IMG/VR virus record: IMGVR_UViG_3300025141_014429
Coordinates: 32,001-96,000 of that record
Source of the DNA: a virus
Direction: 5' to 3' (one strand)
Length of the DNA stretch: 64,000 bases
Shown here in pieces: positions 44,755-55,223 of this stretch. Numbering within the stretch: position 1 is the first letter of the stretch; each line of letters begins with the position of its first letter. The notes beneath the pieces are model-generated. The model was not told the DNA's origin. It worked only from the letters and a program-made list of their open reading frames with translations, and searched no databases. The translations under genes and the position numbers were made by a program.

Positions 44755-46328
44755 TGTATAGAATATTATCTGCAAGTAAAGATGCATATATCACAAATAA
44801 GGTTATAAATAATATTTTTACTGCATCTGATGCAAATACGGGTCAAGCAGGAACAATAGACTTATTTAAGCTTTACAATGAAAGTAAACTCTCGGGCTCA
44901 TCTAATGTTATTGAATTGTCTAGAGCACTTGTTAAGTTTGATCTAGATCCTTTACGACAACAAATGAAAAAAGATTTAAATATCAATGATTCCAGCTTTA
45001 ATTGTCAAATTAAACTTCACGATGTTTACGGAGGTCAGACCACGCCTAGCAACTTTTCATTAATTGCTTTTCCTCTCGCAATACCTTTCAATGAAGGAAC
45101 AGGTAGAGATATAGTAAGATACTCAGATTTGGGAGCAACTAATTACATAACAGCATCATTTTTTAGTAGTAACGGATTAGCTGTAAAATGGAATTTAGCA
45201 GGCGCCATGAAATCCGGATCAAAAGGAGAGTCAAACATAGACGTGATAGTTAGCGGCAATCTAGATGATGGTGTAGGAGTGCAAGCTTTGTGTGCTGAAC
45301 AATATTTCAAAACAGGAGAAGAAGATTTAGTTATAGATGTTACAACAGCAGTTTCTGGAATGTTGTCAAATCAATTATCTGATTATGGCTTTCTAATTGG
45401 TTTAAGCGGATCTTATGAGAAAGATAATAAAACTTATTTTGTCAAAAGATTTGCATCTCGTAATGCTTCTGATCGATCAAAACATCCAAAAATGATTGTA
45501 AGGTATGATGATGCAATAATTGATGATAGACAAAATTTTATATTCAGTTCTTCAGGTTCTTTGTTTCTTAATAATTACAATCAAGGAAAGCCGGCAAATC
45601 TTATAGACTCTAGTGGGACAGAAATTAAAGGACACAATTGCTTAAAGTTGACTATAAAAACTGGAAGTTATACTCAAACAGTTAATGCATCGCAGTTTTC
45701 TTACAGCAGCTCAGAACCTTTCTTGACAGGAGTATACTCAGCTTCATTTGCAGTCTCTGAGTACAATTCTGTATTAAGACCTTTTGTTTTAGCATCGTCA
45801 AGTGTTACTTTTACTGAAACTTGGCATAGGAATGATGGAAGTCATGGTTTTTTAACTAGTTCTTTTACTATTAGTGCTAATGACAGAATAACATTTTTTA
45901 ACGGAACTAACAGAATATTAGCAACTATAACAAATTTAAAACCAAATTATTTTAATAACGAAGTAGTCAGGCTAAGAGTTTATGCTGAAGATAGAGATCG
46001 CCCAATAAAGGCACTTAAACTCCCGTATTACAATCCGAGTAACATATACAAGGAGATGTATTATCAAATTATTGACTTTGATTCAAAAGAAATAATAATT
46101 CCTTTTGATACAGCAAATAACTCTACAAAAATGTCTACAGACTCTCAAGGAATGTTTTTCAATTTGCATATTGAATCGTTACCTCCTGGGAGGATTTATC
46201 AGTTTCAATTTTTGATAAATGATAAAGATAGTAATCAAATATTAGAAAATGTTGCAGGAAAATTTAAAGTAGAACATAAATATGATCCAAAGCATGATTT
46301 AATTGATGATGACAGTCTGTCATCTTAG
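44754..46328 (+). CDS. Putative virion structural protein with DNRLRE-like domain
   Basis: ASKDAYI, SRALVKFDL, IDVTTAV, YGFLI, FASR..HPKMIVRYDD. Translationally coupled to the wedge gene. Confidence 0.5.
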   Translation: MYRILSASKDAYITNKVINNIFTASDANTGQAGTIDLFKLYNESKLSGSSNVIELSRALVKFDLDPLRQQMKKDLNINDSSFNCQIKLHDVYGGQTTPSNFSLIAFPLAIPFNEGTGRDIVRYSDLGATNYITASFFSSNGLAVKWNLAGAMKSGSKGESNIDVIVSGNLDDGVGVQALCAEQYFKTGEEDLVIDVTTAVSGMLSNQLSDYGFLIGLSGSYEKDNKTYFVKRFASRNASDRSKHPKMIVRYDDAIIDDRQNFIFSSSGSLFLNNYNQGKPANLIDSSGTEIKGHNCLKLTIKTGSYTQTVNASQFSYSSSEPFLTGVYSASFAVSEYNSVLRPFVLASSSVTFTETWHRNDGSHGFLTSSFTISANDRITFFNGTNRILATITNLKPNYFNNEVVRLRVYAEDRDRPIKALKLPYYNPSNIYKEMYYQIIDFDSKEIIIPFDTANNSTKMSTDSQGMFFNLHIESLPPGRIYQFQFLINDKDSNQILENVAGKFKVEHKYDPKHDLIDDDSLSS

Positions 46329-46336
46329 GAATCACA

Positions 46337-49300
46337 ATGAGCTATAGATTATTCAAGCTTAAAAAACCAAAGTTATTTAAACCCAATTATAAACGAGGTG
46401 ATAAAAGCTTGGGGTTGACAACAAATCCAAACAATGTTGCTATAGGAGGTGTTGTAGGCAATAGTGCTAGTACTTCTTCATTCAGGTATGAGAGTAATAA
46501 AAGTCTAAAATCTACACAACAACTTAATATTGACTATACATTTTTTGAAAATCATACATTTTTTGATTCTGCATTATCAAAAACAAATATAGCTTTTGAT
46601 AAAATTATTAATAAGTATCCTTTTGATGGATCTATTCAAGAAATTGAAGACTTTGAGGATAATTTAACAGGTTTTGAAAATCACGTATTAGATAATTATC
46701 CTAAACATACAGGTAGTCTTGTTCTTTCTGGAACAGCAATTAACGAGGATCCTGCAAATGGATACGAATCCGGTCTGGGTCAATACGTAGTTGTAAAAGA
46801 TGGTAAAGGCCTAGAGTTTCCAAGTTTTTCAAAAGATAGTACAGCTATTGCTGATCTAGATCCGGATAATAATTCTTTTACTTTTGAATTTTTTATTAAC
46901 TTACCGTTCCAGCCTAACTCAAATCAAATAATATGTCAAAAAAGAGCTTCTCTATCTAAGAATATAACAGTAGCATTAGAATCTTCCATTGATAAAAATT
47001 TTGCAGGTATCAAGTTTGGTGTAACAAATGGTACAGAATTTTTATTTTTAAGTAGTTCTATTGATAAGGGTGAGTTTAAACATATAACTTTGCAGTTTGA
47101 TAACGAGGGCGGATTTACTGAACAACAAAAACTTAAATACTATGTAGACGGTGAACTAATTGTAACCTCAAGTACACAATTTCAATTAAGCAATATCATG
47201 CTTGATAAGGCTGATTTTATAATAGGATCCGGATCACAAGTAAGGATTGATCAACAAATATTTACTCCGGATCAAACGTTATCCGGGTCAATTGATGAAT
47301 TTAGATTTTTTCATTCTGCTAGACAAGAAGATTCTGTAGAAAAACAAATGTTTAAAAATATACATGCTACTTCTGATTTGAAAGCTTATTATAGATTTAA
47401 TGAAACTGCTGAGTCACATAATCTTAATAATATAGTTCTAGATAGTTCAGGTAATTCAAGACATGCAAAAATAACAAATTACACCACAGATTGCAGATCT
47501 ACAGTAAGCCCAGTCAAAGCTGAAAACTTAAAAAGAAATCCTGTCTTATTTTTCGTACAAACAGTAGCAAATCTAAATACAAGACTTATTAACTCTGCTA
47601 GTTTTTACGACGAATTCAATCCGAACTTAATAACTAAATTGGTTCCTGCACAATTATTCTTAGAAGGAGAAAACTTTGAAGGTTTAGATCAAAATAATCC
47701 ACTAACAGGTTTTGAGTCTACACCCCAGCAAAGTGGTATGCCTGGTTCTGGAAAGTTTGGAAGTTCACAATTACTAGTTTCATTTTTGCTTATTTGGGCA
47801 AAGTTTTTTGATGAGCTCAAATTGTTTGTTGATTCATTTGGAGACGTAAGAGATGTTAACTACGACACAGCAGATACAACCCCAGATATTTTTTTAAAAG
47901 CACTAGCTACACACTATAATATTGAATTGCCTGACTTTTTCCCTAATGCTGATTTAAATCAATTGACTGCAGGCGAAGGCATATATAGTGTGGGATCACA
48001 AAGAAGTAAATATACACTTGAATATATACAAAATCAATTATGGCGTAGGATATTAACAAATGCTGTGCACTTACAAAAGTCTACCGGAACAATAGAAGGA
48101 ATAAGAAGTACTCTTCGAACAATGGGTGTTAATGTTGACGATATATTCACAATTAGAGAATACGGCGGACAAACAAAAATAACATTAGACGGAATAAGAG
48201 TAGATAAGACTGATAATATTCGAATGCTAGCATTTACAGGTAGTTTATCGCAAGTAACACCTACCCTAAATTATCAAGGGATTCCTGATACTTTACCTTT
48301 TTTAAAAAGCGGTTATCTGTCTAGTTCTAGATTAGAAATAGGCCGTCCTGAACCTGAGGGCACATTTGTTAGCAAAGACTTGTTTTTTCCTCATGGAGTA
48401 TCTAATAATGTTAATGACGGCCTTTTGTCATCCGGATCTTTTACTTATGAGGGCGTGTATAGATTTCCTCACTTGAAAACAGGATCCTATCCATTATACC
48501 AGAGCTTAGCAAGACTTCATGTCACAGGAACAGATCATCCTACACACAAGCACGGAGTATTGACAAATTTAGTTTTAAAGTCTGGCTCTGCACCTGTTTT
48601 TACACTATACGCACATCCAGGACAGACAAATACAGTAGCTACAGATCAATTGATTAATTTTGATATTAACATGCCTACAGGTTCAATTTTTGATGGTAAT
48701 TTTTGGCATATTTCTTTTGGGCGAAAACGAGGAGATCTTGTATTTGAAAAAGAGTCTATAGATTCTTTTAACAAGTCATCTGTATCTTCATCTTACTTTT
48801 TAAGAGTAGCTCGAGTTGGTGATAGACGTCTAAGAAATGTATACACAGAATCAATTGTTAGAGCTGAAGATAACGGGGTCACTTTACAATACTTCCAGAA
48901 TGCTTTCCAGCAAAAATCAGCACTTAACACTTCAGGATCATTTATTGTAATAGGTAGCCAAAGTATAGAACCCCATAGATTTTATTTTTTAAATAAAACT
49001 GCATTAGAAGAAGTTGTTCGAACTACAGACTTTGCAGGAGAAATAAGTCAAAATAGATTTTGGTCTAGAGCAGTAACAGATAGAGAATTTAGAGAACATG
49101 CTAAAAATTTAAAGTCATTAGGTTCTGAAGATCCTAGATTTAACTACAATTTTATAACTCACAATACAGGAACATTCGAACAAATAAGACTTTGGACAAT
49201 GTCAAAACAAGGAACGTCAAGTTCGGATGGATCTGGTAATGTAAGGTTGTTTGATTTTTCACAAAATAATTTTCATTTAATGGGTACAGGATTTGAGCCA

Positions 49301-49915
49301 AATAAAATAGTATTTAATACAAATCAGTTAAGATACACAATGTTAAACCCACAATTTGATGTTGCAGGAACAACTAATAAAGTTAGAATCAGAAGTTTGC
49401 AACAGTTTGATCCTATTAAGCAAATAGGATATCCTTACGCTTCAACTGCACCTGTATATAATGTACCTGAAAATGAAGAAGTTATTGATGATTTAAGATT
49501 TAGTTTAGAGATGAGCTTAGTAAAAGCACTTAATGAAGATATTGTAAATATGTTTAGTGACTATCAATTTATTGAAAATGCTCTTGGGAGGACCAATTTA
49601 CTGTTCTCAGAAAAATACCCTGAGTTAGATCAAGTTAGAAAAAATTACTTTGAAAATACAACTGGAAAGCTTGACATTGATAAATACTATAAGCTTTTCA
49701 AGTGGTTTAACGATACTTTTTCTAGCACTATAGAACATATGTTACCTTCAAAAACTAAATTCATGGGAATTAATTTTGTTATTGAATCTCATGCCTTAGA
49801 ACGTCACAAGTTTAAATATTATTATGACGAGATATATTTAAAAGCTTTGCAACGTGATCCTTCTAGAGGGGTAATTCTTCTTTCACAATTTGTGGGTACA
49901 CTAAAAAAATTCTAA
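46337..49915 (+). CDS. Large baseplate protein with Laminin-G/ConA-like domain and gp7/P2-I-like segment
   Basis: FTFEFFI, HITL, YYVDGEL, LSGSIDEFRF (LamG), KSTGTIEGIR..L...G (wedge gp7/I-like) and IESHALER near the C-terminus. Confidence 0.6.
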   Translation: MSYRLFKLKKPKLFKPNYKRGDKSLGLTTNPNNVAIGGVVGNSASTSSFRYESNKSLKSTQQLNIDYTFFENHTFFDSALSKTNIAFDKIINKYPFDGSIQEIEDFEDNLTGFENHVLDNYPKHTGSLVLSGTAINEDPANGYESGLGQYVVVKDGKGLEFPSFSKDSTAIADLDPDNNSFTFEFFINLPFQPNSNQIICQKRASLSKNITVALESSIDKNFAGIKFGVTNGTEFLFLSSSIDKGEFKHITLQFDNEGGFTEQQKLKYYVDGELIVTSSTQFQLSNIMLDKADFIIGSGSQVRIDQQIFTPDQTLSGSIDEFRFFHSARQEDSVEKQMFKNIHATSDLKAYYRFNETAESHNLNNIVLDSSGNSRHAKITNYTTDCRSTVSPVKAENLKRNPVLFFVQTVANLNTRLINSASFYDEFNPNLITKLVPAQLFLEGENFEGLDQNNPLTGFESTPQQSGMPGSGKFGSSQLLVSFLLIWAKFFDELKLFVDSFGDVRDVNYDTADTTPDIFLKALATHYNIELPDFFPNADLNQLTAGEGIYSVGSQRSKYTLEYIQNQLWRRILTNAVHLQKSTGTIEGIRSTLRTMGVNVDDIFTIREYGGQTKITLDGIRVDKTDNIRMLAFTGSLSQVTPTLNYQGIPDTLPFLKSGYLSSSRLEIGRPEPEGTFVSKDLFFPHGVSNNVNDGLLSSGSFTYEGVYRFPHLKTGSYPLYQSLARLHVTGTDHPTHKHGVLTNLVLKSGSAPVFTLYAHPGQTNTVATDQLINFDINMPTGSIFDGNFWHISFGRKRGDLVFEKESIDSFNKSSVSSSYFLRVARVGDRRLRNVYTESIVRAEDNGVTLQYFQNAFQQKSALNTSGSFIVIGSQSIEPHRFYFLNKTALEEVVRTTDFAGEISQNRFWSRAVTDREFREHAKNLKSLGSEDPRFNYNFITHNTGTFEQIRLWTMSKQGTSSSDGSGNVRLFDFSQNNFHLMGTGFEPNKIVFNTNQLRYTMLNPQFDVAGTTNKVRIRSLQQFDPIKQIGYPYASTAPVYNVPENEEVIDDLRFSLEMSLVKALNEDIVNMFSDYQFIENALGRTNLLFSEKYPELDQVRKNYFENTTGKLDIDKYYKLFKWFNDTFSSTIEHMLPSKTKFMGINFVIESHALERHKFKYYYDEIYLKALQRDPSRGVILLSQFVGTLKKF

Positions 49916-49925
49916 AGAGTAAACT

Positions 49926-51065
49926 ATGCCGGCAATCAAACCTACAAATCCATACCCAACAATACCCACGTTTACAGATATTCCGGGCATTGATAGACCT
50001 ACAACCTATGCTACATCAAGTAGTGTTAAATTACCTTCAAGTGTGTCAACTCCTGCAACGCAAAGAATTGGCATGGAGCAAGAAGTTCAAACAGCATCAA
50101 CGACTAGCCTGGCACTCACCGGATCCGATGGCGCACGTTTAGGTTTTGGTGAAAGAGTAGGAGCTGTTACAGTTTTTGGTACTGATATCAATCCGGGTAG
50201 CGCAACACAAGCTGTGGATTCTAGACGACAAGGAACTAGTGTTACAACATTTGCTAGATTTGATAATTTGATATATCCACTTATGAGAATGACAGACAAG
50301 AAGTTGACAAACAAAACACCTTTTGTTAATTTTAAAGCTAACCCAGAGGCTTATGGTCAGCCAAAACTTTTTCACAATCCTGACGATGAAACAGCTAAAT
50401 ATGCATTTCTAGATATCCCAGGCAATACAAACCCAGTTACATATATAAAATTAGGAGAAGGGTATCTATCCTATCCCTTCGTCCTCGATTTAATTAATTA
50501 TAAGGAGCCTGATCAGTTAGATGGTGTGATTGAAGTTTTTGATGTTAGAAAGAGTTTTGCACACACGTCAATAACAGATTATAATTTTATGAAAGGTGTG
50601 CATTCTGATCTAGGTGGAGGTTATCTTAAAAATAATAAAGGAACGTCAAGACTAACTAGTCTTTTTGAATACGCAGTAGGCGAATCAGTAGACTTTTTTG
50701 AAGATGCAGAAGATTTATTTTTTACCAACCACAATACAGTTACTGGATCTTACACAACAGGAGGCGTCCCATTAAGAAAATTTGCCGTCCCTGGAATAGT
50801 TTCTGAAGGTACTTACAAAGATTCACCTTTTTCTGATACAGCTGCAGAAAACTATACGTCTGGTAGCTATGAAATGTTTAATCTACCAACTAGCAAACCA
50901 CTGACAACTACATTATATGATCTATTATACGGTAATAATAATCCACCCTATTCAAGTATGTCAGAGGTAGGAACTCGTTTTAAGTCTGCAACATGCGGAT
51001 TACAATATGGCGAGAGTAATCCATTAGGAACTGATTCGATTGCTTTCGGAGGTTTAAAGAAGTAA
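49926..51065 (+). CDS. Hypothetical structural protein with Pro/Thr/Ser-rich N-terminus
   Basis: Long ORF in the structural operon with a low-complexity P/T/S N-terminus. Confidence 0.6.
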   Translation: MPAIKPTNPYPTIPTFTDIPGIDRPTTYATSSSVKLPSSVSTPATQRIGMEQEVQTASTTSLALTGSDGARLGFGERVGAVTVFGTDINPGSATQAVDSRRQGTSVTTFARFDNLIYPLMRMTDKKLTNKTPFVNFKANPEAYGQPKLFHNPDDETAKYAFLDIPGNTNPVTYIKLGEGYLSYPFVLDLINYKEPDQLDGVIEVFDVRKSFAHTSITDYNFMKGVHSDLGGGYLKNNKGTSRLTSLFEYAVGESVDFFEDAEDLFFTNHNTVTGSYTTGGVPLRKFAVPGIVSEGTYKDSPFSDTAAENYTSGSYEMFNLPTSKPLTTTLYDLLYGNNNPPYSSMSEVGTRFKSATCGLQYGESNPLGTDSIAFGGLKK

Positions 51066-54000
51066 ATGCCAAAAGTATTTTTAACAGGAAGCGGAGTAAC
51101 AAGAGGTTATTTGACAGGATCAGGTTTTATATCTAATCCTCCTCGTTATCTCATAAGACAATTTGATTCTGCAACGGGATCTTACCCTACAATAGCTAGA
51201 ACTGGTGACGCGTCTAGGATGGGTAATTATAGTGTTAGTTTTGATGACACTAGTACTATGATTTTTGATGATCCTTATGCAGAGGCAGAAATAAACTTTG
51301 ACATGGTATTCCAGACTAAAATTGTTCCGATTACAACACCAGGTATTTATTATGGACCGGTAAACTCAAATATTCTTGGAGAAGGTTACAAGGAGGTTAT
51401 TGAACCGACAATAAAAGAGACGTTTTTGTCACCCTTAGATGATGATACAATAACGCTGACAGATACAGATGGTAACTCTGTTGTTTTTACGTTTAAGTAC
51501 GGTCTAAACTTAAGTGGTTTAGCCAATAACGAAGTTCAAATACCGATTAATCGCTATGATAGAAAATTATTGGCTAAAAACTTTACAAAAAAAATTAATG
51601 AACACCCGGGAATAAAAATTCAAGCTATACTGCTTGATGAACCTAAAAAATTTAGACTTCCAGGTAGAAATGATGCCGGCAAATCAGAATCTTTTGCTAA
51701 CGGTACAATCAAGCTTCGTCAACAAAAACCAGGAACAGCAGGTAATAAGGCTATAACTAAGTCGCTAACTGCACCTTCTATTTTTGGAACCATCGAAGGA
51801 ATATCTATAACAAATTTTTCTGGTGGTAAAGATATTAGCAGAATATCATACCCGCAAGTTTTAGATTCTGACATACAGCTAAAAATACAAGAACAAGGAA
51901 TTGCAACACCTAATTTTAGTTCTGAAAACTTAGATAATTCAGGCGGTGTTATAAGAAAAGGCATATCAGATGCACATATTAGGTTTACGAAAGGTGAAGA
52001 TTTAACTGCATTTGATGATTCTAGAATTGACATTAGAGGCGATGTATTTTATGAAGTAGGAACTCCAGAAAATATTTATCCAGGGTTTTCTAGTAAATTG
52101 TCTGATAAGACTCAAATTGTAATAGACATAAGTTCAGCAATAAAGTCTTCCATAGGGTATAATACAAAAGGTAGTCAACCAAAGTCACAGACTTCACTGA
52201 ATGATACCTCAGGCGCTAGACAACGCTTAATGGCATATTACAATCCGACAATTAAAAAGTGGGAAACAATAGCAAGAGGTATTAATTCTAACTACTCTGA
52301 TCAATCACAAATAATATATAATTCTATAATGAATGAGGCAGTAATAGGATTTGGACCACTAGCGTCTGGATTTCAACTTATAGGGACTAGTAGTAATTCT
52401 TCAATTAACAATGCTAAGTTACTAGATGATAATGTTTTAGCTAGTCTTGAAAAACCAATAAGTAATTTTGGATTTCCATTTAGCGGTAAGTATCATGCTA
52501 CGTCTAGTCAGACATTTAAAATGTCTAGTTATATCAATCAACCATTTGTGGTTGAAAAAGTTGTAATTGATTTTGATGCAGAGTTTGAAGGAGTTGGGAA
52601 GAACACATATGTAGGTAAATTTGGACCAACATTTGGTTACAATAATGGTGCAGGTAATGAGTCTGACAAGGGAAATATTGACTTAACAAAAATGCAAAAA
52701 TTTAATTTTTTCCTTTTAAGACAATTTGAAAGTAAAAAACCGCACACAGAAAATTATTCAATAGGTTTTGCTACAGCTTTTTTTGACCTAACTCCGGCAG
52801 ATTATACACACTTTACATCTTCAATACCTGGGCACTTTTATTTAGGTCCAAGTGGAAGCAATGAAACAACATACGTGACAACAGGTAGAGAAATGATCAC
52901 TTATGGAAGCATGCTCCATATAGTAACTTCATCTGCATATTCATCTAAGTCTGATTTAGAAGATCCAGCTTCAGGAATAAATTTTGACACAATATTCAAT
53001 AGTAAACTTGCTGGTGATGCTAACTACATTATAGACACAAAATTTAATGCATCTTTAGGATATAACAAACCATATACAGGAAGTTTCTCTATAGAATTTC
53101 CATGTCGTCATACTGCACAAACGCTACCTGTATCAAGCTTTAGTTCAGTCAAAGTAGGAACCAATCAGCGAGCTAATTTTCTCAATAATGATTTTTCAAG
53201 CAGGGGCGGAAGTAGACTGGAAAAATCATCAAGAGCACTTGTCAATGGTCAACAGAGCTTAAAGAAAGGAGGGCCCTCTTCAGTTTCATGTCGATCTGCT
53301 ACAGTGGTTCCAGATGTTTTTGAAACAAGCGATGCATCTTCACTTGACAAAGTTTCACCTTACATTCTTTTTCCTAACGATGAACTAGTCTTAGGTTTCC
53401 AGTACCCATTAGCCGGCAATATAATTAATTATGGCATACCTGGATCTGATGAAACTCTATTTGACCAAATAACATTTACAGGACCGGCTAAATTAACACT
53501 TTATGGATCACAAATTAAAAAGAATGTTGAATTTCATGATACACTCAATCAACCACTGACTTCAGATGCAGTTCACGAAGTAATACACTATGATAACCCT
53601 GTTATAGATCAATTTGATTTAGCGCAAAGAACAGAGTATGTTGACAGTTCACTTGATCAATTTAATGAAACCGGTTTTATATTAAGGACTAATAATCCTG
53701 CAAGTAGGATTGGTAAAAAAATTGAAAGCTTAATTTCAGGCTCTGTTGTGGGTATGAATGGTGCTTTTTCTAGATACAGACAGGCTTACGCATTTAGTCA
53801 AATTTATTTTGACTCTATGCTTCCAAATGTTAGACAGCTATTTATTGATAGTCAAAATCTTGAATCTGTGCCTAGTGTTAATTACACTGTAAATTATGGT
53901 AATACAATAACACACATCGTCGGTTTGAATATAGAAGCAAAGACAGATTCAGTTTGGCCTGATAACAGTGGTCTATCAAAGTCAGTTGACTATACACTTC

Positions 54001-55178
54001 CTTTCAATTTATCAGATAATAAAGGACAGCTGGCATTTCAAAGTTCAGATTCAACGTCTATGATTAGCAAGCACGATTTTCCAACACAACTTCAAGCCCA
54101 CAGTTACTGGACCGACAATGGTAACAAGTGGAAAACACCTGAGACATATTCTAATGATTTATATGGTTCTGCATTCGATCTTGTAGATAATTATAAAGTC
54201 CCTGCACCAACTGCGGATTCTGGAGGTTCAGCTACTGCAACACATGTGTATACAACTGATCAGATAACATATGAAGAGACTACAAATAATTTTGGAGTTG
54301 GATCAATGATTTTTCCTAGTCCTAAATTTAAAAGTGAATTTATATACCCATATAAAAATAATCCAGATCGATCTATGCATCAAGATAAAAGCCTAACTTT
54401 GCTTCTATACAGACTAAAATACGTGGATATGTATGCTAGTGGTACATATGTTGGAACTGCTGGTAATCCAAAGCTAGCAATAACTGATCAAGCAACCGAC
54501 GCACAAAGACGAGAAGCTGTTGATACAATACAAGCCGGATACGAAACCCCACTCGGTGCAATAAGAAGAGTTGGTTACATGTCAGGAGATGATTTAATTC
54601 CTCACTTGTTCGGTGGAACATTCAACTCCAATGATACACTTTTTGATAATTTTCGACTGGAAGGTAAGAATAGCCGTGATACATCGGTATTAGGGAGTGC
54701 ACCTACTGTTAATCTTACATCTGCAGCAATCCCAGCGCTAGCGAAAGTTGCAATAGAACAACGAACTTTTTTAGGACTTACAGGTAGTATTTACGAAAAT
54801 GATCGAACGTTTAGTTACGGAATAATCAACACCAATCTCCAAAGAAGAAAATCATATTATCGATCTGATAGATTCACAGGTCAAGTTGCAGATCTTGTAC
54901 ACCCAGGATTTGATACTGCATTTTCTCAATTAGGCGCTAGATTAGGAAGAAATATTAGAAATTTTAAAAATACTAGTAATGAACCCCTAGCGGCACCTGT
55001 TGTTATTAAGTTTGTAACCGGTTCTAATGTCAAACCCCAGAATGATACAAAGGGTAGAAAATTTAAATTAATGAAACCAGCTGATCTTAGAGTAGTACCG
55101 GGTAGGCAAAGCTCTAATATGAGTATATTTGCTACATCTTCTATGCCTTTCTTTGATGATGACAATTCTAGAAATTAA
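51066..55178 (+). CDS. Very large hypothetical structural protein (1370 aa)
   Basis: TAA-ATG coupling to the previous gene, beta-rich S/T/G/N composition, baseplate context. Confidence 0.65.
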   Translation: MPKVFLTGSGVTRGYLTGSGFISNPPRYLIRQFDSATGSYPTIARTGDASRMGNYSVSFDDTSTMIFDDPYAEAEINFDMVFQTKIVPITTPGIYYGPVNSNILGEGYKEVIEPTIKETFLSPLDDDTITLTDTDGNSVVFTFKYGLNLSGLANNEVQIPINRYDRKLLAKNFTKKINEHPGIKIQAILLDEPKKFRLPGRNDAGKSESFANGTIKLRQQKPGTAGNKAITKSLTAPSIFGTIEGISITNFSGGKDISRISYPQVLDSDIQLKIQEQGIATPNFSSENLDNSGGVIRKGISDAHIRFTKGEDLTAFDDSRIDIRGDVFYEVGTPENIYPGFSSKLSDKTQIVIDISSAIKSSIGYNTKGSQPKSQTSLNDTSGARQRLMAYYNPTIKKWETIARGINSNYSDQSQIIYNSIMNEAVIGFGPLASGFQLIGTSSNSSINNAKLLDDNVLASLEKPISNFGFPFSGKYHATSSQTFKMSSYINQPFVVEKVVIDFDAEFEGVGKNTYVGKFGPTFGYNNGAGNESDKGNIDLTKMQKFNFFLLRQFESKKPHTENYSIGFATAFFDLTPADYTHFTSSIPGHFYLGPSGSNETTYVTTGREMITYGSMLHIVTSSAYSSKSDLEDPASGINFDTIFNSKLAGDANYIIDTKFNASLGYNKPYTGSFSIEFPCRHTAQTLPVSSFSSVKVGTNQRANFLNNDFSSRGGSRLEKSSRALVNGQQSLKKGGPSSVSCRSATVVPDVFETSDASSLDKVSPYILFPNDELVLGFQYPLAGNIINYGIPGSDETLFDQITFTGPAKLTLYGSQIKKNVEFHDTLNQPLTSDAVHEVIHYDNPVIDQFDLAQRTEYVDSSLDQFNETGFILRTNNPASRIGKKIESLISGSVVGMNGAFSRYRQAYAFSQIYFDSMLPNVRQLFIDSQNLESVPSVNYTVNYGNTITHIVGLNIEAKTDSVWPDNSGLSKSVDYTLPFNLSDNKGQLAFQSSDSTSMISKHDFPTQLQAHSYWTDNGNKWKTPETYSNDLYGSAFDLVDNYKVPAPTADSGGSATATHVYTTDQITYEETTNNFGVGSMIFPSPKFKSEFIYPYKNNPDRSMHQDKSLTLLLYRLKYVDMYASGTYVGTAGNPKLAITDQATDAQRREAVDTIQAGYETPLGAIRRVGYMSGDDLIPHLFGGTFNSNDTLFDNFRLEGKNSRDTSVLGSAPTVNLTSAAIPALAKVAIEQRTFLGLTGSIYENDRTFSYGIINTNLQRRKSYYRSDRFTGQVADLVHPGFDTAFSQLGARLGRNIRNFKNTSNEPLAAPVVIKFVTGSNVKPQNDTKGRKFKLMKPADLRVVPGRQSSNMSIFATSSMPFFDDDNSRN

Positions 55179-55200
55179 CTTGTGAGAAATATTTGTGTGT

Positions 55201-55209
55201 AATAATTAT
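55201..55209 (+). promoter_or_regulatory. Candidate late-promoter motif (RATAWTTAW)
   Basis: AATAATTAT begins 23 nt before ATG 55224. Confidence 0.35.
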
Positions 55210-55223
55210 AAGTGTGAGGAATA

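Noticed and set aside
39564-49915. Extracellular contractile injection system (eCIS/T6SS-like) rather than a phage
   Set aside because: The surrounding sigma factor, RecB-like nuclease, PhoH, S74 tail fibre and 64 kb of phage-style gene organisation fit a large phage better. No Afp15-type ATPase or toxin cassette is recognised.
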